Positions 1-7,727 of a DNA stretch of 49,155 nt are shown here, one piece after another. Every line of letters starts with the position of its first letter. The stretch's first letter is position 1. The DNA is from a virus (lineage: Duplodnaviria; Heunggongvirae; Uroviricota; Caudoviricetes). The position numbers and the translations under genes were made by a program. The DNA is taken from the IMG/VR virus record IMGVR_UViG_647533161_000005. One strand, written 5' to 3'. The notes beneath the pieces were generated by a model that saw nothing but the letters and a program-made list of their open reading frames with translations, searched no databases and was not told where the DNA came from.

Positions 1-1118
1 TCAAATAACCAACTTAACCCATTCCTGACCTCGAGTATCGTTATAGCGATCGGTGGTTGCCTGGACTTTATGTCCTAGTAATGTTTTTGTATCGATACCC
101 TGTGCACGGTACAGCCGTTCTGATAGAGAGCGTTGTTCATGAAATGTTGGCGGAGTTTTTCCTGCTGGTGGAATTATCCCAGCCAGATCCCGTGCTTTGG
201 CAAAGTAGTCGCTCAGGTTGTCTTTACTCATCGGCTTCGGTTGTTTCTGGTGCCGACTATGGATTAGATATGGACTTAATATTCTGTCTCGGCACCCATC
301 AATAACTTCTTTTAACGTTATCCCAATGGCATCACAGCGTAGTGTAAGCGGTAACGCCAGACGCATTCCGGTTTTTCCCTGGGTGATATGCAAGTGTTCG
401 TTCCACACATCTGAAAAACGCATGTGGCAAATGTCATCACGGCGCTGACCAGTAACAATCGCAAGAAGCATTGCGTTACGGATAAAGTGTTTTTCAGGCG
501 TTGCATTGTAAATTTTTGCCAGTCTTCCATGGTGAGCCTGGCTCTGGTTACTTTAGGGATCGGTTTACGGGTAGCCTCCGGAGGATTCCATCCAGGAGGA
601 ACTTCCCCTGCATGCTGTGCTTCTTTATAAATATCAACCCATAATCCACGATTTACTCTCGCTGTGCTGACCATGTCTTTATCCAGCCACTCATCCAGTA
701 TTAATGCAAAGTCTCTTACTTCCAGTTCTTTCAATGGGTGGTTTCCCAGACGGGAAACCAGGTATGCAGCCATTCGAGTTTTTTCTTTGTGAGTTGTAGC
801 TGCAATATCTCCATTTTTCAGTCGCGTGTCCTGTATTTTCAGATATCGATCAACCCATGCCTTTAATCTGATACCCCGACGTTTTGTTGCTGACGGACTT
901 TCATCAATTTTGCGCATGAAATATTCAGCTTCTGCTGCAGCTATTCGCTGATTGGCTGTGGAAGCGATTTTTTCTGCCTTACCTTTGTCTGTTCCGAGTC
1001 CGTGAAATTTTCCAGTCACAGGATTTTTATACTGGTAGTAAACTCTGCCAGTTCTGCGATCAAACTTTTCGTAAAGACCGGCTACGTCAGTGCTGTTTTT
1101 TCGTGGCCTCGGTGACAT
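1..1118 (-). CDS. int: Phage tyrosine integrase, reading frame split by a 1-nt shift at a homopolymer near 514-518
   Basis: ORF 318..1118 reads as an integrase N-terminal (arm/core-binding) region and ORF 1..471 as the catalytic region (LLAIVTGQRRDDICHMRFSDV... motif). The frames join as ...DWQK|IYNATPEKHFIRNAMLLAIVTGQR if the A5 run (T5 on plus strand, about 514-518) is read as A6. Stop codon at position 1-3; overlaps xis start as is typical. Confidence 0.85.
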
Positions 1119-1356
1119 GAGTTAAAATCTCCTTCAGTGCATCATCATCGCCAGTATGAATTTCCGGCGCAATTCCCGTTTCACCAGGCCCAACAAATAC
1201 TGCTCGGCGATCTATCAGCCAACGCCCACGAATTTTTTGTGGTCTTGGAACGATGTATCCTAGTTTTCCGTATTTCACCAGGGTAGTGTTTGTTATTGGG
1301 AGACTGAACCGTTTTGGTTTCCACTCGTCGAGCGTTATCAGGTACTGTTCGCTCAT
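1087..1356 (-). CDS. xis: Excisionase-like DNA-binding protein
   Basis: Small basic ORF immediately upstream of and overlapping int. ATG at 1356 preferred over the GTG at 1365 because a GGAG sits 9 nt upstream of it. Confidence 0.65.
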   Translation of the reverse strand: MSEQYLITLDEWKPKRFSLPITNTTLVKYGKLGYIVPRPQKIRGRWLIDRRAVFVGPGETGIAPEIHTGDDDALKEILTHVTEATKKQH

Positions 1357-1417
1357 GGCTATCACTCCGGAACGCGCCAGTTGCAGAATATCAACGACAA
1401 CTGGCGACGGTTGAACA

Positions 1418-3874
1418 TTAAAAATCAGCCTGACTCGGGATCAGTTTTTGCCAGATAACTGAAACGTATTTTGCCTGGTAACGGGCGTCATCAAGTGCAT
1501 TATGGCGCTCACCTTCGAATGGAATAGCCGTTCTGGCATCGAAGTCTATGGCTTTCCCCAGCTCAACGATTGTGCGTACATCGCGATCGTTGTAGTAACG
1601 CCACGGGCAGGGGATCCCCTGCCGTTCGTATGAACGGCGCAAAATCGTGTTGTCGAAGTTGGCTCCATTTCCCCAGACCTGAACAAAAAATTCGCCGGAG
1701 TTTTCGTCGATAAATTCCCGCAATTGTAACAGTGCATCATCTAACGGGATTTCATCGGTCATAATGGCAGATTGCGCTTCGCGTGATTGCTTAAGCCACC
1801 ATTTAATGGTGTCCCGATCAATGACTCCGCCAGCAGTTTCCAGATCGATAGTCTTACTAAATTCCGGTCCCATATCTCCGGTTTGCGGATCGAAAAATAT
1901 TGCACCTATTGAGATAATCGGGGCATCTGGATTTTTTCCCATGGTTTCAAGGTCGATCATTAGATGGTCACACGTCCCGCTGGTGGATGTGCCTTTATGA
2001 TGACCGTTCACCTTAACTGAGTGATCTGTCGCCTCGCCAGTTTCACTATCGCTATCGTGATGCTGATTGCCGCCAGGGTTCTCCTTGTGTGGATGTTCAG
2101 TGCCTTCCATTTCCTCCGGATCATTTTCCTGAACTTCAACCTGATTCTCTTCATTGAATGTTTCCTGGTATGTTGCGTCGCCCATCACCGCGCCACAATC
2201 AGGGCAGTTGCCGCCGCCGGTCTGACCGCAGGCGGTGCAGATCTTTTCCGGTTCCTGTTGCACTACTGGTTCAGGTTGTTTCGTTTCTGGCTCGTTTTGT
2301 AACGCATTTGGGCTGTTTTGTTCCGCTTTCTGGCCGTTCTGTTCCGTTTCTTGCTGGTTCTGGTTCACAGAATCGCGGGTTTCCATCCCCTTGACCCATT
2401 TCGGATCATTCGGGTCGCTAATCCCTGCAACAAATTCTCCGCGAGAGGCCGCAAGCAACTTATCGGCGTCAGGCTGGCTGATATTGGCTGCCTGCATAAT
2501 TTTGTTTACTTCGTCAGCGGTAACTTTTACCTGATTAACCGGATCTATCTGTGCCTGAGTATCCAGCGATTGCGTGTCCTGGCGATGTTCAGTTGTATTC
2601 GGCTCCATTGCTTCAGTCGTTGCCTGTTCATCTGCCATTGCGTCAGACGGTTGTGATTTTTCCTCATTATTTTTTTCTTCTTCTGTTTCGCGTTCAGCAG
2701 CCAGTTCGCGGTTAACTTCTTCCAGGATATCTTTTTCCGGTGTATGTCGTGCAGCAGCGAGAGTTTCCTCGGTAGGGTTCTCGTGATCAGTTTCCGTCAA
2801 ATAGGCGTTGATATACCCCTGAAGGCGTCCCGGGTAGTGATAAAATTCAGGGTGTGCGCTTCGGATAAGTGCAAAAATAGCGGCGCGGGAATAATCCAGG
2901 ATACCCGGGATTGCGCGAAGTGCTGCGGACCATTCTTTGAACGGACTTTCTTTCTTCCGGACGACTTCTTTTGCGCGACGATAAACGCTGCCCGGAATTT
3001 CATAAATATTAAAATCCATCGGAAGTGTGGCCGCTGCAATCTCCACATCCAGCGTATCGAAGGTGTGTACTAAATTCGGATTGCGATCGGTTTTGTTCCC
3101 TCCACCGGCATTAGCACCGGAAGCCGTGCGGGTGATGCGTGAAACACGATTTCCTTTCATCCACTCTTTTGTCAGCAGACCGCGATCGGTGTAGTCAGCG
3201 CCCAGGTATGCTTCGAAAAAAGCAGTCATCAGTCCCAGGTCTGAATTACCAGGATTAGGGAAAACTTTGTCCGTGTCACGAACCAGTTTGTGGAGATCGC
3301 GAATTTCCAGCGGTTCGAGTTGCGCTGCTTTATTTGAGATGGCCAGCGCGGTAACGGCGGGAAGTTTTTCATCCTGTGCGTTATGTAATGTGCGCAGTTC
3401 GTCCCGCGAAACGTGTGTGATCGGTTTTTCGCTGCCGTGCTGTGCCAGCCATCGAACAGGCAGAATCTGACCTGAAACCGGCAGGAGCATGTTCTCCTCA
3501 ATCTCAGCCATGTTTTCGCCGTTGACGTTGGTATTGTCAGTGCTGGCTGGTTTATCCTGAACAGAGGGCGAGGGCGCGATAAGTACCATTGTGATACCAT
3601 CTTCACCGCCCTTTTCGTATCGGTTGCAGAATTCGGTATCAAACACGCCTTCCGGAGGAAGGTCATTCACAACGGGTAAATGGACGCGAACAGGTTTTTT
3701 AAAATCCTCTTTGTCAAATCCGGCATCGTCCATTGCGACAACACCGCGTGATATTGCAACCGATAATTTTTTTGCTGTGCGCCAGTAAAAACCGCCTTTA
3801 ATTCCAAGACGTTTTCTGATTTTGTCATTTTTGGCTTCGTAATATAGTGCAATTTCTTCTTTATCAGTGCTCAT
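1418..3874 (-). CDS. RecE-like exonuclease: RecE N-terminal-like region, central CxxC...CxxC zinc ribbon and acidic/Q-rich linker, C-terminal DnaQ-like (DEDDh) 3'-5' exonuclease domain
   Basis: 817-aa ORF. The N-terminal third resembles the E. coli RecE N-terminus as I recall it (NVNGENMAEIEENMLLP..., WLAQHGSEKP..., KVFPNPGNSDLGL..., GLLTKEWMKGNRVS...). The C-terminus has DEDDh-like motifs (MIDLETMG..., WGNGANFD..., HNALDDARYQA). Confidence 0.8.
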   Translation of the reverse strand: MSTDKEEIALYYEAKNDKIRKRLGIKGGFYWRTAKKLSVAISRGVVAMDDAGFDKEDFKKPVRVHLPVVNDLPPEGVFDTEFCNRYEKGGEDGITMVLIAPSPSVQDKPASTDNTNVNGENMAEIEENMLLPVSGQILPVRWLAQHGSEKPITHVSRDELRTLHNAQDEKLPAVTALAISNKAAQLEPLEIRDLHKLVRDTDKVFPNPGNSDLGLMTAFFEAYLGADYTDRGLLTKEWMKGNRVSRITRTASGANAGGGNKTDRNPNLVHTFDTLDVEIAAATLPMDFNIYEIPGSVYRRAKEVVRKKESPFKEWSAALRAIPGILDYSRAAIFALIRSAHPEFYHYPGRLQGYINAYLTETDHENPTEETLAAARHTPEKDILEEVNRELAAERETEEEKNNEEKSQPSDAMADEQATTEAMEPNTTEHRQDTQSLDTQAQIDPVNQVKVTADEVNKIMQAANISQPDADKLLAASRGEFVAGISDPNDPKWVKGMETRDSVNQNQQETEQNGQKAEQNSPNALQNEPETKQPEPVVQQEPEKICTACGQTGGGNCPDCGAVMGDATYQETFNEENQVEVQENDPEEMEGTEHPHKENPGGNQHHDSDSETGEATDHSVKVNGHHKGTSTSGTCDHLMIDLETMGKNPDAPIISIGAIFFDPQTGDMGPEFSKTIDLETAGGVIDRDTIKWWLKQSREAQSAIMTDEIPLDDALLQLREFIDENSGEFFVQVWGNGANFDNTILRRSYERQGIPCPWRYYNDRDVRTIVELGKAIDFDARTAIPFEGERHNALDDARYQAKYVSVIWQKLIPSQADF

Positions 3875-3951
3875 TGATAAACCTCATTACAGATTTAAGG
3901 GTGAACAAATCCCTGCCATTGCTGGCATATAAAAATGAAACCGGATATTAA

Positions 3952-4155
3952 TTACGGTGCTGTTTTAAGCCCCGCCGGGATTTCGTTATTGTCCATGTGA
4001 ATAACTTTATCGACCGGATAACAGTTGCCGGGAATTTTCTGTTCCGCTGCGGCAGCCATGCATTCTTTCATTGAGTTGTACATGCCGGTGATTGCATCAA
4101 GCGACTCACCAGTATTGAGATGTACAGTCAGAATGAGTACGAATAATGTGTTCAT
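3952..4155 (-). CDS. Small hypothetical protein with N-terminal signal-peptide-like segment
   Basis: ORF MNTLFVLILTVHLNTGESL... with GGAGAG about 5 nt upstream of the ATG at 4155; 4-nt overlap with the dicB stop. Confidence 0.45.
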   Translation of the reverse strand: MNTLFVLILTVHLNTGESLDAITGMYNSMKECMAAAAEQKIPGNCYPVDKVIHMDNNEIPAGLKTAP

Positions 4156-4340
4156 CGCCACTCTCCGAAAATACCGAGTTTAAGAAGGGCAATTCTGGAG
4201 AGTATGGAATTGTCATTCAGCAGGTAGGGTTCATATTTTCTCATATTGATTGCATCCTCGGTGAAATCCCTGTTACTGAGCAGAACACCAATATTAAAGC
4301 ACCCGTCAGACGTATTAACGTTTGGTAGTGACGTTTCCAT
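4152..4340 (-). CDS. dicB: DicB-like cell division inhibitor
   Basis: 62-aa ORF, METSLPNVNTSDGCFNIGVLLSNRDFTEDAINMRK..., matching my recollection of K-12 DicB (same length, LPNVNTSxGCFxIGV...FTEDAINxRK). Confidence 0.75.
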   Translation of the reverse strand: METSLPNVNTSDGCFNIGVLLSNRDFTEDAINMRKYEPYLLNDNSILSRIALLKLGIFGEWR

Positions 4341-4350
4341 TATCGCGTCC

Positions 4351-4908
4351 TCAACAATGAATTTTTAGCAATTGCTCCACAGTCATATTTTTAATTGCGC
4401 TCCGGTTTACAAGAGTCCATCCTTGTTTCTCCAGATAAAACCGGAAGGTATCCAGGGTGCAGACCATTGCGCCGTCAGGAACGGTTTCAGTGAATTTGAT
4501 ATTGCCGTGTTCGTCGAGACGGATAACCAGGGTGCGTCCGTCCCCGTGAATCATTTTGTCGGGAGACGGGGCGTTATTCTGGCGCAGTTCTTCCTCCATG
4601 CGATCGAACTCAGCGATGTAGGCTTCTTTGAAAGTTGCGGCTTTTTTACCTGTGAACCCCATCACCAGGAAAACGAAGCCGTTTTTGGTGATTTGGTACA
4701 TGGGGCGTTTTTCGCCTTTGGCGTCGGTGTAGGTAACGGGCGTAAAATTGCGCTCGTTAAAATCTTCAGAGCATTCTAGCGTTTCAATTTTGCGCAGAAC
4801 GTCCTTGTGCATTTTGCGGAAGAACTCTGCAACCGCAACAGACGTAGTGACAGCGCGACCATTTTCGATGGTTACGTCAGGGTGAGAAAGGGTAGGGATA
4901 GTAGCCAT
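4351..4908 (-). CDS. Rha-family phage regulatory protein
   Basis: Pattern VTIENGRAVTTSVAVAEFFRKMHKDVLRKI...KNGFVFLVMGFTGKKAATFKEAYIAEFDRME is typical of the Rha domain. Start placed at the internal ATG (4906-4908) preceded by AGAGG; the longer 4351..5205 ORF extension looks non-coding. Confidence 0.75.
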   Translation of the reverse strand: MATIPTLSHPDVTIENGRAVTTSVAVAEFFRKMHKDVLRKIETLECSEDFNERNFTPVTYTDAKGEKRPMYQITKNGFVFLVMGFTGKKAATFKEAYIAEFDRMEEELRQNNAPSPDKMIHGDGRTLVIRLDEHGNIKFTETVPDGAMVCTLDTFRFYLEKQGWTLVNRSAIKNMTVEQLLKIHC

Positions 4909-5384
4909 AATGGCAGCCTCTTGGTTGAGTATTAATAACTCACCACCAAGGTTTTCCACGACCATAAGGGTGGTGAGGCGTACAGGGGTGGAAATACCGG
5001 TCAACCAAGAATCCGGCCAGCCTTGCAGCTGCCCTGCACGCCCCACCATAATCTGAATGTGGCTGTGCTTGACGCATAAAAAAACCGCCTGAGCGCGGTT
5101 ATGCGCTTGATTGAATTCCGGGTTTCCACGCCCGGCACCCGTTTTATGAGGTGCAGGTGCACTATAATTCCACCCGTTCTGGTTTTCAATAGCTACATTC
5201 AACATTTTCTCTTACCTTTCATCACCGAAGTGAACTTTGTTGATGCGGTGCCTGGTGCCTCCAGGTGACGTTAACCAGTTAACAATTAACGCCGGATACA
5301 GAGAATCCACCCATAACACTGTTTTTGGTTTTAACTGTTCCGCGTGCGCTTAGCCGCATTCACCGCATCACAAAATTCACTTTA

Positions 5385-5437
5385 AAAAGGGTGGCAGAGC
5401 AGTCACGGAGTAGAACTGATGCCACCAAAGACTACAC
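5385..5437 (-). ncRNA. dicF: DicF-like small RNA with intrinsic terminator
   Basis: Minus-strand sequence ...CTTTGGTGGCATCAGTTCTACTCCGTGACTGCTCTGCCACCCTTTTT closely matches my recollection of K-12 DicF (TTTGGCGGTATCAGTTTTACTCCGTGACTGCTCTGCCGCCCTTTTT), with paired changes GGCGG to GGTGG and CCGCC to CCACC that keep the terminator stem. Ends are approximate. Confidence 0.6.
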
Positions 5438-5735
5438 ATGGGTATTGTGGCGGGGCTGTCACTTAAGCGTATGGTCAACCTGACAACCCGGTGCATTTTC
5501 TGGAGCAATGGAGGAAACCCCAGCCATACTTACCGCCGCGCCATTTCGCGGATTGCCACAACCGGAAGCGCACGATCGAATTAAATTTAACGACGACCTA
5601 TACAGAGAGACTAACTTCGCCGGGCGCTTTCGTGTTATGCCCTGACTTTTCAGGGATATATCCTTTTTAGTAAACTGTCAGTGCCGGATTCTTATCCGTG
5701 TCCGGCGCACGCACTCTACCTCACCTGTGAATAAA

Positions 5736-6122
5736 TTAATGATTAATTGATATTTTGTTGTTTGATTCAACTTTCCCATCGGATGTGTGATGCTTTAAAT
5801 CACAGGAATTAATACTGCTCGCTGTAAAATGATTTTCAAGGGGAGCTATTCGAATCCCTTTCTTTTTCATTAACAAGCCAAATCCTTTATTAATGATGTC
5901 CATTAATTCCAGGAAGTATTTTTCATGTAAATCCTGGTTATCAGAGAGCTGCTTCTCTTCGTACAGACCGATAAAGGCACGACGCACGTTACCGGATATA
6001 GTATCGATGGTTTCTTTTTCTACGGTACTCAGGTCAAGAGTCGCCAGTTGAGAGCGAACCACATTCGATGCCATTTCCTGGAATGGTACTGGTAAATCTT
6101 TAAATTCCATCGTCAACCTCAT
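5736..6122 (-). CDS. Hypothetical protein (early left operon)
   Basis: 128-aa ORF with ATGA overlap to the ydfA stop. An alternative ATG at 6110 (MEFKDL...) has GAGG 7 nt upstream. Confidence 0.5.
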   Translation of the reverse strand: MRLTMEFKDLPVPFQEMASNVVRSQLATLDLSTVEKETIDTISGNVRRAFIGLYEEKQLSDNQDLHEKYFLELMDIINKGFGLLMKKKGIRIAPLENHFTASSINSCDLKHHTSDGKVESNNKISINH

Positions 6123-6274
6123 CAGTCAGTGTTTCTGGTTAACCAGCGACGCGCGCCAGCTTCAGTTTGAAACGTTTTGCTTCTGGTATACGTCATCGCG
6201 GTAAACGTGCCGTCCTGGTTGGGAAACACGCCGCATACCAGAGATTCGTTGTTGCCAAGATCGATAGTATCCAT
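6122..6274 (-). CDS. ydfA: YdfA-like small protein (DUF1391 family)
   Basis: MDTIDLGNNESLVCGVFPNQDGTFTAMTYTRSKTFQTEAGARRWLTRNTD closely matches my recollection of K-12 YdfA (51 aa). Start taken at the internal Met. Confidence 0.7.
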   Translation of the reverse strand: MDTIDLGNNESLVCGVFPNQDGTFTAMTYTRSKTFQTEAGARRWLTRNTD

Positions 6275-6328
6275 GCTGACCTCATTTCCCCTTAACGCCA
6301 GGGTAGCGGAACTGTTTGCTGAGAACAC

Positions 6329-6480
6329 CGTGCGGTGTCTTGATGAGTAGAATTTAGAATAACCTAAGAATTATGGTCAAGCTTTTTGTGTAGAAAAACC
6401 TAAGCTTTTTGATGTAAAAAACACAAGCATTTGAAAGTTTGTGCTTTTTATTACAGAGAGTGGCGAAAAAAAAGGGAGGG
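6329..6480. promoter_or_regulatory. Putative leftward early promoter/operator region (OL-like) between dicA and ydfA
   Basis: AT-rich intergenic region with repeated ACCTAAG/CTTAGGT-type motifs (aacctaagaatt, aacctaagcttttt) that recur in the dicA-dicC intergenic region. Confidence 0.4.
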
Positions 6481-6888
6481 TTATTTATTTGCGCTTCTTT
6501 TGCGAGCTTTGAGTAGTTCTTCAAAAAGTTTGTTGAAATTCTCAACTCGAGCACGCATCTCTGACAACAGAGCCTTTTGCTCTGACTCAGGCAGTGCGTC
6601 GAACAGTTGAAGCAACTCTTTTTGATCTTCTGTCAGATTAACTGGCTGATTATCTGGGATCGGTTCGCCTGGTTGCTTATCTTCATCTCCAAAAAGAAGC
6701 CAAGTCGGCGAGCACTGAAGCGCCTGGCTCAGTGCGAATAATCTCTTCCCCGCTGGCTGTGTTTCATCTCTTTCCCATTGAGAAATTGTTACGTGAGCCA
6801 CTTTGACCAGCTTACCTAATGCGGCCTGAGACAGTTTTAATTTTTTACGCCTGTATAAGAGGCGAGCACCGAAGGTTTCGTTTTTCAT
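6481..6888 (-). CDS. dicA: DicA-like HTH repressor (CI/C2 analogue)
   Basis: 135-aa ORF with an HTH (LSQAALGKLVKVAHVTISQWERDETQPAGKRLFALSQALQCSPTWLLFGDEDKQP) and C-terminus ...MRARVENFNKLFEELLKARKR matching my recollection of K-12 DicA; divergent from the dicC-like gene. Confidence 0.85.
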   Translation of the reverse strand: MKNETFGARLLYRRKKLKLSQAALGKLVKVAHVTISQWERDETQPAGKRLFALSQALQCSPTWLLFGDEDKQPGEPIPDNQPVNLTEDQKELLQLFDALPESEQKALLSEMRARVENFNKLFEELLKARKRSANK

Positions 6889-6964
6889 ATTAGGTAATTC
6901 TAATTTTTCTTGACTTAGGTTTCTCTACGATCTAGTTTCCTTAGGAAAATCTAAGGAGTTCGAT
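6889..6964. promoter_or_regulatory. Divergent promoter/operator region (OR-like) between dicA and dicC
   Basis: 76-bp spacer between divergent repressor and Cro-like genes, containing TTGACTTAGGT, CCTTAGG and CTAAGG repeat elements. Confidence 0.55.
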
Positions 6965-7192
6965 ATGTTGAAAATTGATGCTATAGCGTTTTTTGGCAGC
7001 AAAACAAAGCTTGCCAATGCCGCAGGAGTTAGGCTGGCAAGCGTTGCTGCATGGGGGAAACTGGTTCCTGAAGGTCGCGCGATGCGTCTACAGGAGGCAT
7101 CCGGCGGGGAACTTCAGTACGACCCCAAAGTTTATGACGAATATCGTAAGGCAAAGCGGGCGGGGCGGTTGAACAATGAAAATCACCCCTGA
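6965..7192 (+). CDS. dicC: DicC-like Cro-type regulator
   Basis: 75-aa ORF MLKIDAIAFFGSKTKLANAAGVRLASVAAW... divergent from dicA; size, position and sequence fit DicC. Confidence 0.75.
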   Translation: MLKIDAIAFFGSKTKLANAAGVRLASVAAWGKLVPEGRAMRLQEASGGELQYDPKVYDEYRKAKRAGRLNNENHP

Positions 7193-7727
7193 ACAGGTTT
7201 GTGAGGCTCTGGATGCCTGGGTATGTCGACCAGGAATGACACAGGAGCAAGCGACGATATTAATCACGGAAGCATTCTGGGCTCTGAAAGAACGCCCGAA
7301 CATCGATGTTCAACGCGTCACGTTTAATGATGGCGAGGTTGATCAACGGGCGCTGGGCGTTAACCGGGTGAAGATATTCGAACGCTGGAAAGCTATCGAC
7401 ACCAGGGATAAGCGGAAAAAATTCACGGCGCTGATTCCGGCAATTATGGAGGCTATCCGAATTAGTGATTTCAGGTTGTATCGTGAGATCAGTGATGGAA
7501 AAAGCATTACGTACATGATCGCCGGATTAAACAAAGAATATGGCGATGTGGTGGAGTCCGGGCTGCTTTTTGCGGATCCAGCTGTTGTGGAACGTGAGAC
7601 TGACGAGCTTATAGAAAAAGCTATTGCTTTCAAGCATGCGTATCGTCAGCAATATCAATATTACTTTGCAGATAAACAAATGTCTGCCAGGGGTTTGTAT
7701 GAGTATCGATGCACTACGATGGGCTAA
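7176..7727 (+). CDS. YdaT-like early regulatory protein (positional analogue of cII)
   Basis: 183-aa ORF directly after the Cro-like gene. The central segment (KIFERWKAIDTRDKRKKFTALIPAIMEAI) resembles what I recall of YdaT-family proteins; this is the weakest identification in the early region. Confidence 0.5.
   Translation: MKITPEQVCEALDAWVCRPGMTQEQATILITEAFWALKERPNIDVQRVTFNDGEVDQRALGVNRVKIFERWKAIDTRDKRKKFTALIPAIMEAIRISDFRLYREISDGKSITYMIAGLNKEYGDVVESGLLFADPAVVERETDELIEKAIAFKHAYRQQYQYYFADKQMSARGLYEYRCTTMG

Noticed and set aside
4909-5205. N-terminal extension of the Rha ORF (4351..5205 as given in the ORF track)
   Set aside because: The extension has non-protein-like composition, no RBS, and homology to the Rha family begins at the internal Met at 4908, which has an RBS.
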